The position numbers were made by a program, and so were the translations under genes. Under the pieces are notes generated by a model. The model was given only the letters and a program-made list of their open reading frames with translations. It was not told the DNA's origin and searched no databases. DNA of 60,484 bases, from the IMG/VR virus record IMGVR_UViG_3300009120_000002, positions 1 through 60,484 of that record; one strand, given 5' to 3'. This stretch comes from a virus (lineage: Duplodnaviria; Caudoviricetes). Positions 28,879 through 37,440 of this stretch are shown in pieces (the stretch's first letter is position 1; each line of letters starts with the position of its first letter).

Positions 28879-30810
28879 TGCTACCCGAAGCGCCTTATCC
28901 GCTTCGCTCACGACCAAGCTGATCACCTGGCAGGGCATGGCGGGCAGGCTGGTGACACTCTCGCGATTGTCCACCCACAGCGGCGCCTCGATCCCATACG
29001 ACCGGGAAAGCGTTTTCACGATGTCCATTCCGGCCTGGATCCGCGCACCATTATTAATGCTGCCATACGGCACGCCATTGACCGTGCACACACAGGTTTC
29101 GGCAATGCCACCGTTCACCTGTTGATCAAACAGCTTCCACCGAACCATCTCGAACTTACCGTTGATCGAGTCCTCCAGCATGCCGACCTTGGCCTGGATG
29201 AACTGCTCGATCAAATAAAGGATGTGCTCGGACTGCTCGAACTGCTCGGCCAGCTCTTTTTCGCGGGCCTTCAGCTCCTCAATGCGTCGGCGCTGCGCCT
29301 CGGCGGATTCGATCGCGGTGATCGTGGCATTGATCTCGTCAAGACCGCGCTGTTTCTCGGCAATCTCGGCGGTGACCTTGGCGACGGCGTCGGTATTACC
29401 TGCTGTCAGGTCGACGAGCTGCTGGGCCAACACCTGCCGCTTTCCGTCCATCTCAAGGAACTCGGGTAGGGTTTCAACCGGTGGCTGGGTTGCTTTAGAT
29501 TCGATGGTGGCCCGGACCTGGTCAGCGGACTTCCTTTTTCCATCCAACTCTCGGCACATCTCGGAAATCTGGGTGTCCAGATTCAGCATGGTCACTTCGC
29601 TTTCTTTCCATGCAGATTCGTTGGCCTGCCCTTCTTTCACGATCAACTCCAGCGCCATGGCCTTGGTGCGGTTGAAATCAGCCTCCTGCTTGTGCAACAG
29701 GTGTTCAGGGTAATCCTGACCGCAAGTTGGGCAGTTGCCACCAGCAACGAACACCTGGCCGTTCTTCTCGGTCCATCGGCCGGCAATGTTGCGGCTGAAC
29801 GCCTTGTGCTCTTCCACCTTCAGAGCGAGCGCTTCCAGTTTGCGCTTGTCGGCGTCGATCTGCAGCTCCAGCCGTTGCACCTCGTTGGCCAGGTCGTGCA
29901 ACTGCTTACGCTCTTCCTCGCACGAAGATCCGGCAGCCGACAGGTGCTTGTTGCGCAGGGCAAGAATGTCGTTCTCGATCTGGGACAGTTCTTTCCGTCT
30001 CTCGGCAATCTCCCCACCGCTAACCGTGGCCATCTTCTTCTCGCGGAGAAGGTAGATGGACCTTGTGATCGCCTGCGCCTGGGTGGCCAGTTGCTGAAGG
30101 TTCCCGGTGGCGTTCTCAGGGATCGCCCGGGTAGCCTCGTCAATACGGCCAGGGATCCCCGTTAGCTCGTCGTTGATCTTCTTGCGGGTGGCCATCTCCA
30201 CCTTCTTGGCGTCGTCAATGTCTCTGGTGGCGATTATGGTGCGGAGCGGTTCCAGGTCGGGCCGTTTCTGGAAAATGTCGGCATCGGTAATCTCAGGGCA
30301 GAGGCCAAGCAGCATTTGGCGTTTCACCTTCCAATCTGTCTGCTCGTTGAAATATGTCGGACTGGTCAGGCACATGAACAGCTTTTCAGGGGCGATACTG
30401 TCGATGAACGCCTGGTATTCACCTTTGGTTCTAGGCACGCCATCAATGAAGTGTTCGGTGACGTGTCCGGTGAACTCTTCCTTGGCCGATCCGCGCTTCT
30501 TGGTGTATTTCTCCAGGAAGACGCGCTTGAGCGTCACGTTCTTGCCGTCGATCTCCAGCACCGCTTCAACCTCGTGGTTGATCGCTGGGATCACAGCGCC
30601 GTTATCGTCGCGGGTTTTGATGTCGAAATCCTTGGCGCCTAAGCTGTTCTTCTCGAACATCAGGTAAAGGAAGGAATTGTAGAGAGATGTTTTGCCGGTG
30701 GCATTGTTTCCAAAGATGGAAACATTCCTGCCGCCATCGGTGTCCAGGGTGAATGACCGTATTCCCTGGAAGTTGGTAAGTATGAGTTTTTGCAGGTTCA
30801 TTGTGATCAC
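28870..30810 (-). CDS. Rad50/SbcC-like coiled-coil ATPase
   Basis: Walker A GNNATGKT, coiled coil with CPTC hook, C-terminal LWVDNRESV. Confidence 0.9.
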   Translation of the reverse strand: MITMNLQKLILTNFQGIRSFTLDTDGGRNVSIFGNNATGKTSLYNSFLYLMFEKNSLGAKDFDIKTRDDNGAVIPAINHEVEAVLEIDGKNVTLKRVFLEKYTKKRGSAKEEFTGHVTEHFIDGVPRTKGEYQAFIDSIAPEKLFMCLTSPTYFNEQTDWKVKRQMLLGLCPEITDADIFQKRPDLEPLRTIIATRDIDDAKKVEMATRKKINDELTGIPGRIDEATRAIPENATGNLQQLATQAQAITRSIYLLREKKMATVSGGEIAERRKELSQIENDILALRNKHLSAAGSSCEEERKQLHDLANEVQRLELQIDADKRKLEALALKVEEHKAFSRNIAGRWTEKNGQVFVAGGNCPTCGQDYPEHLLHKQEADFNRTKAMALELIVKEGQANESAWKESEVTMLNLDTQISEMCRELDGKRKSADQVRATIESKATQPPVETLPEFLEMDGKRQVLAQQLVDLTAGNTDAVAKVTAEIAEKQRGLDEINATITAIESAEAQRRRIEELKAREKELAEQFEQSEHILYLIEQFIQAKVGMLEDSINGKFEMVRWKLFDQQVNGGIAETCVCTVNGVPYGSINNGARIQAGMDIVKTLSRSYGIEAPLWVDNRESVTSLPAMPCQVISLVVSEADKALRVAYE

Positions 30811-31640
30811 CTCCTATCCTCAATCATCCAAGGTTCACGGCTAAATCGATCGTAGTATGTATTGACAGCTTCTTTCAGGTATCTGGACGTGTCACCAATC
30901 TGCAGCTTTGATGCGTCTGCCCTCTTGAGGTCAAAAACCAGGTACGCTCTACTGAACAAGTCTTCGACGGCCCTGGCGCTAACTTTACCTGCCAATACTT
31001 GCCCAGCGAAGGTTGAAGCAATTTTTGACAAATCGTGGAGATTGGAATTGTTCAGGCGGTTGTACGTCGTGTGGATGTATCCAAAATGTGTATCGTTCTG
31101 GATAATCCGTATTACAGCAGCCAGTTTCACCGGGGCTGTTGAAAAAATCTTCGATACCGTCCCATTGTTCTGCAGTAGCCGTCTCACGGTAGGACCGATG
31201 TTGTCGTGAACCTTTTTAACCATCTGGGGGGAGACAGTCTTGTTGCTTGACAGGATCCTTGCAAACAACGATGATGGTTGTAATTCGTATTTTTCAATAC
31301 GCAAACTGTCTGAAAATGTCCGCTTTGAACCGATATCGATCACCGAGTATGATTTAGGATCACACCCGGTGGTCACAAAGGTCATGCACGGCACGCCACT
31401 TTGAATCATGGCCAATAAGCGATGCTGACCGTCTATAAGGTTGCCGTTTCGATCAAAGGCAATGCCCTGGTGGGTGGTTATCCACTCCCCGTTTCGGATG
31501 TTTTCTGCGAGCAGTAACACCCTTAAAGGACGTACAGGCCTGTTGACCTTGTTGCGCTCCAGAAATTTAGCAGCCAGCTCAGGGGTTATAAGTGTGGCGA
31601 CGGTACGGACTTCGTGTGCGTTAAACTTTATTTTATTCAT
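30807..31640 (-). CDS. ParB/Srx-like N-terminal domain protein
   Basis: ITPELA..FL..N..NR, G.W, LIDGQHRLLA and ID.G.KR motifs. Confidence 0.75.
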   Translation of the reverse strand: MNKIKFNAHEVRTVATLITPELAAKFLERNKVNRPVRPLRVLLLAENIRNGEWITTHQGIAFDRNGNLIDGQHRLLAMIQSGVPCMTFVTTGCDPKSYSVIDIGSKRTFSDSLRIEKYELQPSSLFARILSSNKTVSPQMVKKVHDNIGPTVRRLLQNNGTVSKIFSTAPVKLAAVIRIIQNDTHFGYIHTTYNRLNNSNLHDLSKIASTFAGQVLAGKVSARAVEDLFSRAYLVFDLKRADASKLQIGDTSRYLKEAVNTYYDRFSREPWMIEDRR

Positions 31641-31882
31641 AGATCACCATCCTGTGAAACCCGGAGCGCTTTCTGTCGCAGTTCTGTTTTTCCTTCAGCG
31701 GCCGCGTTCAGTATGGCCATAAAGCGCGACCACTTCTTCGCTCTCTTCTTTTCAGCTTTGGAAAGGCTGCGCCCTGGTTTGTCGACGAACACCCGTCCAC
31801 GGTGCCCACTCCATACAACTTCTCCCCGCTTTGATCGTTTGTACCGGTCCTCATTGGCCCGTTGCACTTCTTTGTACGTCAT
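31637..31882 (-). CDS. Small basic hypothetical protein
   Basis: AAGGAGG SD. Confidence 0.55.
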   Translation of the reverse strand: MTYKEVQRANEDRYKRSKRGEVVWSGHRGRVFVDKPGRSLSKAEKKRAKKWSRFMAILNAAAEGKTELRQKALRVSQDGDL

Positions 31883-31901
31883 GGTTTTTCCTCCTTCTTT
31901 A

Positions 31902-32111
31902 TCAAATGGAAGGCAGCGCCAACCGTCGTGGCCAACCGGCAGCCGCGTGCAGTTGTGCTGACAGTGTTTGATTGGCCATGGTCAACTCCTCGTTGGTCCT
32001 TCGCGCCTTCTCTTTGCGCTCTTTGCGACGGCGCATCATGATAACGCTCACTCGGATTTCCAGCGGCAGGTCGTCTATGGTCAGTATGTCTTGAGTCATG
32101 GTGTCCCCCAT
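31902..32111 (-). CDS. Small hypothetical protein
   Basis: ORF in the early operon; start uncertain. Confidence 0.4.
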   Translation of the reverse strand: MGDTMTQDILTIDDLPLEIRVSVIMMRRRKERKEKARRTNEELTMANQTLSAQLHAAAGWPRRLALPSI

Positions 32112-32228
32112 GTGATGAGTTGTCCAAGCAGCACCCCGGCCAGGAACGCCAGGACGATGACGATCGCCACGAAAACGGCCGCCCTCTTTTCCTTGCTCGG
32201 GATCCTGATTTGGTAGATGGTCTTCATG

Positions 32229-32429
32229 TCACTTCACCCAACCGCAGCCTTCATTCCATGCCGCGTCCCGTGCACGTTCCCGCTTCTTGGCCTCGATATC
32301 GCCGAGGGTGATGTCGTTGTCGGCGTCGCAGTCGGGGCAGACCATGCAGTCGAGTTTTTTGGAATGCCGAAGCTCGTTGGGGTAGCAGTCCCTTGGGCAC
32401 CATCCGCAGCGGACTAGAGTTGTTGGCAT
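32229..32429 (-). CDS. Small Zn-ribbon protein
   Basis: CGWC and CPDC; GGAGG SD. Confidence 0.55.
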   Translation of the reverse strand: MPTTLVRCGWCPRDCYPNELRHSKKLDCMVCPDCDADNDITLGDIEAKKRERARDAAWNEGCGWVK

Positions 32430-32644
32430 TTGCTTTCCTCCATCTCATCAACGAGAGCCCTTGTCTTCACGTCAACATAGGCGCGGAAGGTGATCACGAG
32501 TTGTCTGTCACAGCCACCATCTTCGCAGTCGCAATAAACGATCTCGCTTTGTGAGAAGTACGAACCTTCGACTTTTTTTATGTTTTTGTGTCCGCAGTAG
32601 GGACAGGTGAACGTGACGGGCAGCTTGCATTTTTCCTGCTCCAT
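32414..32644 (-). CDS. Small Zn-ribbon protein
   Basis: CPYC and C...GGC; AGGAGG SD. Confidence 0.6.
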   Translation of the reverse strand: MEQEKCKLPVTFTCPYCGHKNIKKVEGSYFSQSEIVYCDCEDGGCDRQLVITFRAYVDVKTRALVDEMEESKCQQL

Positions 32645-32731
32645 GTGTATCCTCCTTCTGTCCTGGATAGGGATGGGTTGTTGTTGCCCATCGATCGGTT
32701 GCCTCCGGTCGATGGGCTTTTCTTTTCCGGG

Positions 32732-33022
32732 TTATTCCTGGCCAAGCAGCACGTCGGATTTGCGGCATCGATGAAACGTCACCACCCGCTTGTGGGGAAC
32801 GGACGTGATCTTCCCCGGCACGATGGCGCTTTTGATCTCGCGAGGTTTGCGCTCCGCAGGTTTGAAAATCCCCAAACCCTTGATCGTCACCGCGCACCCT
32901 GCCCCGACATGCGCGGTGATCTGAGCCGCGACTTGCTTGACAATTTCCCTTACCGTCCCCTGTGTTTTTCCGGTTGCTGCAGCCACCTTGGCTACCAGTT
33001 CTGACTGATTGAGCTTTTCCAT
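32732..33022 (-). CDS. HU/IHF-family DNA-binding protein
   Basis: LNQSELVAKVA, VTIKGLGIF...RKPR and VP.KRVVTF pattern. Confidence 0.85.
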   Translation of the reverse strand: MEKLNQSELVAKVAAATGKTQGTVREIVKQVAAQITAHVGAGCAVTIKGLGIFKPAERKPREIKSAIVPGKITSVPHKRVVTFHRCRKSDVLLGQE

Positions 33023-33053
33023 CTGTTTGTCCTCTTGTTTTGGTTGGTATATA

Positions 33054-33129
33054 TGGAGCCGCTGACAGGACTCGAACCTGCATCAATCTGCTTACAAGGC
33101 AGCCTCCCAGCCAGTTGGGCGACAGCGGC
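33054..33129 (-). tRNA. tRNA-Thr(UGU)
   Basis: 76 nt GCCGCTG...CAGCGGC-T-CCA; anticodon loop CTTGTAA; T loop GGTTCGAGTCC; the D stem has a mismatch. Confidence 0.8.
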
Positions 33130-33138
33130 TTTTCTTGG

Positions 33139-33339
33139 CTATGCCTGCTTGAACGCGGCGCCTCGTTTGTTTTTGAACTTCACGGCCTGACGGCGCGTTG
33201 GTTCGATCTTGGCGGCAGCACATCTTTTATTGAAATGCTCCGAGGAAAAAACACTGTCGGTCGCTTTCTTTCGATCCAACTCTTCCACCGTGGGCATCCA
33301 TGTCCCTGGTGTTCTGTATCCGGTTTTTTGGTTGATCAT
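33139..33339 (-). CDS. Small basic hypothetical protein
   Basis: 66 aa, GAGG SD. Confidence 0.55.
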   Translation of the reverse strand: MINQKTGYRTPGTWMPTVEELDRKKATDSVFSSEHFNKRCAAAKIEPTRRQAVKFKNKRGAAFKQA

Positions 33340-33460
33340 GTTTTCCTCTTTTGAAAAATGGGCAGGGGAACCGGGACCGCCCCGGCGAGAAGAGAGAAAC
33401 GAGAGATCACCCCCTGCCCAAACTGGTTATTTCTTCACCGCCTCGATCGCTTGCGCCGGC

Positions 33461-33706
33461 TTACTCACCGAGAATATCTATGGCGTCGAGCAGGCTGTCC
33501 GTTTCACTGCGGAGCGCGTCAAGCCCGTCTCCGATCTTAGCCTTAACGATAGCCTTGACCTTGGGGATATCTTTTTTCGAGACGTTGTAGGCGTTGAGCG
33601 CCGACTCGCATACGTGCTTATGGTCGGCCTTTGCCTGGGTGAGGGTGTTCTCGGCGGTGATCAGCTCATCGACGAGAGCCTTGAGGTCTTCTTTTTGGAT
33701 GTCCAT
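33461..33706 (-). CDS. Small helical protein, possibly GapR/DUF2312-like DNA-binding
   Basis: LKALVDELI..E......D.K.V...A...KVKAIVK pattern; GGAG SD. Confidence 0.45.
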   Translation of the reverse strand: MDIQKEDLKALVDELITAENTLTQAKADHKHVCESALNAYNVSKKDIPKVKAIVKAKIGDGLDALRSETDSLLDAIDILGE

Positions 33707-34066
33707 TTATTTCTCCCTTGGAAATGTTTCACTACTCCAGCCACCACCATCTCGCTTCGGCACCTTCTTCACCGCAACGAAGCGGTGCAGGTAGTAGATG
33801 CTGGCGGCCAATTTGATTTTGACTCTGGCGTCATCTGTCCAGAATCCCTTCACTTCTATGATATCGATGGTCAGATCGGCGTTCAGGACCATGAAATCAG
33901 GGGTGTATCGTGTGTTTGGTGCCAGGACAAAGGTTATGCCCTCGAACCAATAGTCGTGGACAAGACCGGCAGCCTTCTGTGCATCAAGGAAAGCGGCGTA
34001 TTCAGCCTCGGTCCTGTTCATCTCGCCTTTTTTCAGTCGGCCAAGGGCAAGCACGTTCTTGTTCAT
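33707..34066 (-). CDS. PD-(D/E)XK endonuclease (DUF1064/endonuclease I-like, possible resolvase)
   Basis: MNRTEAEY, YTPDF and IEVKG.W...ARVK.K motifs. Confidence 0.8.
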   Translation of the reverse strand: MNKNVLALGRLKKGEMNRTEAEYAAFLDAQKAAGLVHDYWFEGITFVLAPNTRYTPDFMVLNADLTIDIIEVKGFWTDDARVKIKLAASIYYLHRFVAVKKVPKRDGGGWSSETFPREK

Positions 34067-34383
34067 GGTCGCTCAACCTCCACGTTCACCATCCCCCGGA
34101 GCACTACGCCAGCCAGCATCGCCAGCCTGGCCCGGAACATCTCTGCACCCAGGTCGCCATGCTTGTGATCACTAGCAGCCAGCATGGTGTCCCTCAACTC
34201 ACCCAGGATGGCATATACCTGATCCATTGGGCAGTCTGGCCAGATCGGCCTTGTTGATTCGTCAATGGCCATGGCTCTCAGCATCTCGTTGACCGCCACC
34301 GGTATGCGATCATCTTCGCGCATCTTGGCGATATCCAGTTCGTCCATGCGTCGTTCGATTGAGAAGGTTGAGAAGGTTGTCAT
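34063..34383 (-). CDS. Hypothetical helical protein
   Basis: Start MTTFSTF overlapping the upstream stop; GGAGG SD. Confidence 0.5.
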   Translation of the reverse strand: MTTFSTFSIERRMDELDIAKMREDDRIPVAVNEMLRAMAIDESTRPIWPDCPMDQVYAILGELRDTMLAASDHKHGDLGAEMFRARLAMLAGVVLRGMVNVEVERP

Positions 34384-34694
34384 TCCGGCCCGACCTCCGT
34401 TCGTTTCTCTGTGCAGTGGTGGCAAAACATGATGGCGTTGAAGGCCATGCTCGCAGCGTGTGAACATCCGTCTTCTTCGTTCCATGCGTTCGGGTCGCGC
34501 TGGCACTTCACGGCGTGGCGCATCATGGCCGCAAAAAACCGGCGACGCGGATCGTCGAACGGTAGGGCGCAGTTGTGCCGCTCGTACTTTCTCAGCCCAA
34601 CCAGAAAGGCAGGGAGAACATTTCTGAGAACCTCAAGCGGTATTGCGTCCCAATCGAGCTTCCCGGTGTCGTCTTTCAATCCAACTGCTTCCAT
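34380..34694 (-). CDS. dATP/dGTP diphosphohydrolase-domain protein (DUF5664-like)
   Basis: GLKDDTGK.DW..IP, G.RKY..HN, AMMRH and SHAA..AFNA pattern. Confidence 0.7.
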   Translation of the reverse strand: MEAVGLKDDTGKLDWDAIPLEVLRNVLPAFLVGLRKYERHNCALPFDDPRRRFFAAMMRHAVKCQRDPNAWNEEDGCSHAASMAFNAIMFCHHCTEKRTEVGPE

Positions 34695-35039
34695 TCATCT
34701 CTCCATTTTCCGCAGGTAGTATGCCTGCTGTCTGACGTTGACCTTGCCGCGTCCGGTGAAGTAATGAGGCTTCATCTCTCCGCTGCGGCCACGGCGCTGC
34801 TTCTTCTTCGGGTTCCATTGCCCGGGCTTCCGTTCGTCGCTGTCGAAGTAAACCGTGACGACGACGTTTTCATCCATCACCACCACCATGTTTTCCAGGC
34901 GGTAGCGGCGAACCTCGCCGATCTCTTCACGCTCCAACCTGCCGCTCCGAACGACAGCCTCGATGGTGGCCCGGGAGATGTCCCTTTCGGTCATCCTGTC
35001 AAAAGCGTGGTTGGTGTACTTGATGTCGTCTGGTTGCAT
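34695..35039 (-). CDS. DUF4258-like protein
   Basis: YTNHAFDRM.ER.I and VVVTVY motifs. Confidence 0.65.
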   Translation of the reverse strand: MQPDDIKYTNHAFDRMTERDISRATIEAVVRSGRLEREEIGEVRRYRLENMVVVMDENVVVTVYFDSDERKPGQWNPKKKQRRGRSGEMKPHYFTGRGKVNVRQQAYYLRKMER

Positions 35040-35053
35040 GCTGTGCATCCCTC

Positions 35054-35791
35054 CTATCGGTTGAAAGCTGTGAGGTTTATGCTTCTGATCGAGGCGCCAA
35101 TGCTCTGGGCACGGCCGATCATCCCGACCCACGTCTCATGGGGAATCTCTCCGCGTCCCGCTCCGGTACTCTCCTTGTCCGACAAGTGAGACAGGTCTCC
35201 ATGCTCAATGTGCGGTAAATATGCAGGGTTGGTGTATTCAGGGCAGGTGGTTAGTGTTTTGCGGCGCATGTTATCGCTCTTGGCGCTCTCGTCCGCGAAC
35301 ATCTGCTTGGTGACAACTTCAGGCTCTCCCAGGCGGACCCACACATGGCGGAAGAAAGCCGGGCCACGGTTTAGATCGGGCCACAGTTTATAGAGCGATC
35401 CCACCGCTCGTTTGTGCTCTTCTCCTTCGACGAGCACCTCGATGACGGCGCGTCGGATGGTGTTCACCATCTCTTCACGGGTGCACTCCGTCCGACCCAG
35501 GGCCTTGAACCTGTTCATTGCGAACGCCGGTGACCGGTCTATGGCGATGGCCACCTTTTCCAGGCTGGAGTAATGCACGCCATCGACAGTGTATCCGCCG
35601 GTATGCTGCCGCTTTTTCTTTGCCTCGACCTGAAGAAGCAGGTCTTTTGTGATTCGCTCCGGTGTTCCAGCGGCATACCATACGGTCCGCAAACTCCGGA
35701 GTTCTAGCCCTTCTTCGCGTGCAACGTGGCCGAGGCTGCAGCGCACTCCATTCCAAATGACAGGTTTCGATGTGCTTGATTTTTTCGCCAT
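35054..35791 (-). CDS. Hypothetical protein, possibly with repeated small DNA-binding units
   Basis: 245 aa; repeated W/V.GV..SL..VA pattern; AAGGA SD. Confidence 0.55.
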   Translation of the reverse strand: MAKKSSTSKPVIWNGVRCSLGHVAREEGLELRSLRTVWYAAGTPERITKDLLLQVEAKKKRQHTGGYTVDGVHYSSLEKVAIAIDRSPAFAMNRFKALGRTECTREEMVNTIRRAVIEVLVEGEEHKRAVGSLYKLWPDLNRGPAFFRHVWVRLGEPEVVTKQMFADESAKSDNMRRKTLTTCPEYTNPAYLPHIEHGDLSHLSDKESTGAGRGEIPHETWVGMIGRAQSIGASIRSINLTAFNR

Positions 35792-35803
35792 GCGTGGATC
35801 CTT

Positions 35804-36016
35804 TTATATCCGGACCGCCCCTTTGCGGGGCCGTCCGATCTTGACAGACGGTTTGATTTTCGTGCTCTTTACCCAGGCGGCCAGAGATTCCCCGTCAAGC
35901 AGCACCTTGGCGCCTGGCTTGTACGCGGTAACCTTTCCGGCCTTTACCAATCGTTGTAGGGCACGGGTGCTGATGCTGTAGAGGTGTTCAGCTTCGGAGT
36001 ATGTGTGGAGGATCAT
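35804..36016 (-). CDS. xis: Excisionase-like HTH protein
   Basis: SEAEHLYSISTRALQRLVKAGKV.AYK.G..VL pattern; ATGA-coupled to cro. Confidence 0.7.
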   Translation of the reverse strand: MILHTYSEAEHLYSISTRALQRLVKAGKVTAYKPGAKVLLDGESLAAWVKSTKIKPSVKIGRPRKGAVRI

Positions 36017-36240
36017 CTCGCCCTCGCGTTTTGGTGGGCAATGTTGTACGCAATGAAAACCTTCTGGCGTAAAGCATTCCCGTCTGAAAGCATCCAATCT
36101 TCAAACGGAACACCTGATAGTTCTGCTAGGCGTTTCGCCTCAAGGCGCGATGGCCTTCGGTTCTCGCAGAAAATGTTTGCGAGCGTTCCCGGTTTAACTC
36201 TCAGCCACTGTGCCACATTGTATTGCTTTATAGTTTTCAT
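36013..36240 (-). CDS. Cro-like HTH regulator
   Basis: QYNVAQWLRVKPGTLANIFCENRRPS; divergent from the repressor; probably leaderless. Confidence 0.75.
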   Translation of the reverse strand: MKTIKQYNVAQWLRVKPGTLANIFCENRRPSRLEAKRLAELSGVPFEDWMLSDGNALRQKVFIAYNIAHQNARAR

Positions 36241-36246
36241 GTTCGG

Positions 36247-36325
36247 CAATATATTCGTTTTGAAAACAAACTCAACAAAAAAAACAGAGAAATATTGCTT
36301 TTTGTTTTCGATGTGAATATATAGT
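36247..36325. promoter_or_regulatory. Genetic-switch region with two operators and divergent promoters
   Basis: Pseudo-palindromes ATATTC-N5-GAAAAC (36251-36267) and GTTTTC-N5-GAATAT (36304-36320), inverted relative to each other, between putative -35/-10 boxes. Confidence 0.7.
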
Positions 36326-36343
36326 TGAGCAAGCGAGGAAATC

Positions 36344-36778
36344 ATGAGCATCGATTATGAGTTTTTGACAGAGCTTCGCCGTAAGGTGAAGGCCGAGAAG
36401 CGAGGGTTCCAGGCGGAACTATGCCGGATACTAGGGAAGGATCCGGCAACATTCTCGAACATGATTTCAGGGCGCAGGGAGTGTAGCGAGGAAGATAAAA
36501 TCAAGCTATCCCAACTACTAGGGATTGATTACGCGGGAATGGTCGAAAAAAGAATGGCCCAAGCAGCAACCTCAACCAACGCCACCAACTCGCACCAGAT
36601 TAACGCAGCCAGAACCGGTTCGATCTCGATTAAAACCAACCACGAGTCCGGTGGCCACCAGGTCGTTCTTTCCGACCTGGAGCACGAAGTGTTGGTCATG
36701 TTTCGGAAGTACGGAAACCAGACCATCTTGGAGCGGTGTTTGCGGAAGCTCCGAGAAGCGCAATCTATTTTCGGGTAG
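36344..36778 (+). CDS. CI-like XRE/HTH repressor without an S24 peptidase domain
   Basis: QAELCRILGKDPATFSNMISGRR HTH; short C-terminal helical domain; GAGG SD. Confidence 0.75.
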   Translation: MSIDYEFLTELRRKVKAEKRGFQAELCRILGKDPATFSNMISGRRECSEEDKIKLSQLLGIDYAGMVEKRMAQAATSTNATNSHQINAARTGSISIKTNHESGGHQVVLSDLEHEVLVMFRKYGNQTILERCLRKLREAQSIFG

Positions 36779-36847
36779 AGAGCGCCGACAAAATCGCAAC
36801 CACAGTCCAAGAGGCATGAACTTTAAAGGAAAGCGAGGTTTAGTGTT

Positions 36848-37036
36848 GTGGGACAGGTATCATTCTCGGTGTTGTCAACCGGACAACAGCCACCAGTGAA
36901 AATTTACGCAAGGAGATGTGGCCACATTGAGGTGCGTATTAATGTAACGATTGAACCGAAACCGTGCGGTCCCGTGTGTGGGAAGGACGGCACAGGCGAG
37001 AACCAACAGGACGCCGCGATCACCCAAGGGAGGTGA
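36848..37036 (+). CDS. Small hypothetical protein
   Basis: GAGGT SD, GTG start. Confidence 0.3.
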   Translation: MGQVSFSVLSTGQQPPVKIYARRCGHIEVRINVTIEPKPCGPVCGKDGTGENQQDAAITQGR

Positions 37037-37040
37037 TGCC

Positions 37041-37175
37041 GTGGACGGACTGGTTGTGCATTTTAAGGACATGCCAACAGCGAAGGTCGTTATCACTATC
37101 CGATGCTTCGAGATTCCAGATTGGCTGGCCGCAATTATAAGCGACCACGAATTACGCCAAATTTTACGCCAATAA
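37041..37175 (+). CDS. Small hypothetical protein (44 aa)
   Basis: GGGAGGTG SD before GTG (MDGLVVHF...). Confidence 0.4.
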   Translation: MDGLVVHFKDMPTAKVVITIRCFEIPDWLAAIISDHELRQILRQ

Positions 37176-37440
37176 CCAGCAAGAACCCGAAACCATTCGA
37201 TTTCCACAACAATGGGGTTCAGGGGGCCGGAGGTTCAAATCCTCTCGTTCCGACCAGTAAAAACAAGGGGTTAGGCGATTAAAACAGCCTCGCCCCTTTT
37301 CTTTTGGCGTAAATCAACAAAACACGCGCAGATCAGAGCAACGTCTCGTTTTTACGTGGATAAATCTTGTTTTGCGGGGTGACACAGGGTGACAAAGGGC
37401 GACACGATTACGCCAAATTTTACGCCAAAAATTACGCCAT
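37151..37440 (+). mobile_element. attP region: tRNA-Pro(GGG) 3'-half core with integrase arm-type and Xis-like repeats
   Basis: Core AATGGGGTTCAGGGGGCCGGAGGTTCAAATCCTCTCGTTCCGACCA at 37211-37256. TTACGCCA at 37152, 37164, 37408, 37420 and 37432, inverted at 37304-37312. Three 10-bp RGGGYGACAM repeats at 37376-37405. Confidence 0.85.

Noticed and set aside
34380-34694. Z-base (2-aminoadenine) or other modified-base pathway
   Set aside because: No PurZ, DNA polymerase or other pathway genes recognised; this domain often occurs alone in phages.
34695-35039. Toxin-antitoxin pair around the DUF4258-like gene
   Set aside because: No recognisable adjacent antitoxin.
37211-37256. Complete tRNA-Pro gene
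   Set aside because: The 5' half (acceptor strand, D arm) is absent; this is an att core.
37151-37440. Short repeats as a CRISPR array
   Set aside because: Repeats are 8-10 bp with no unique spacers and no cas genes; they fit integrase arm sites.
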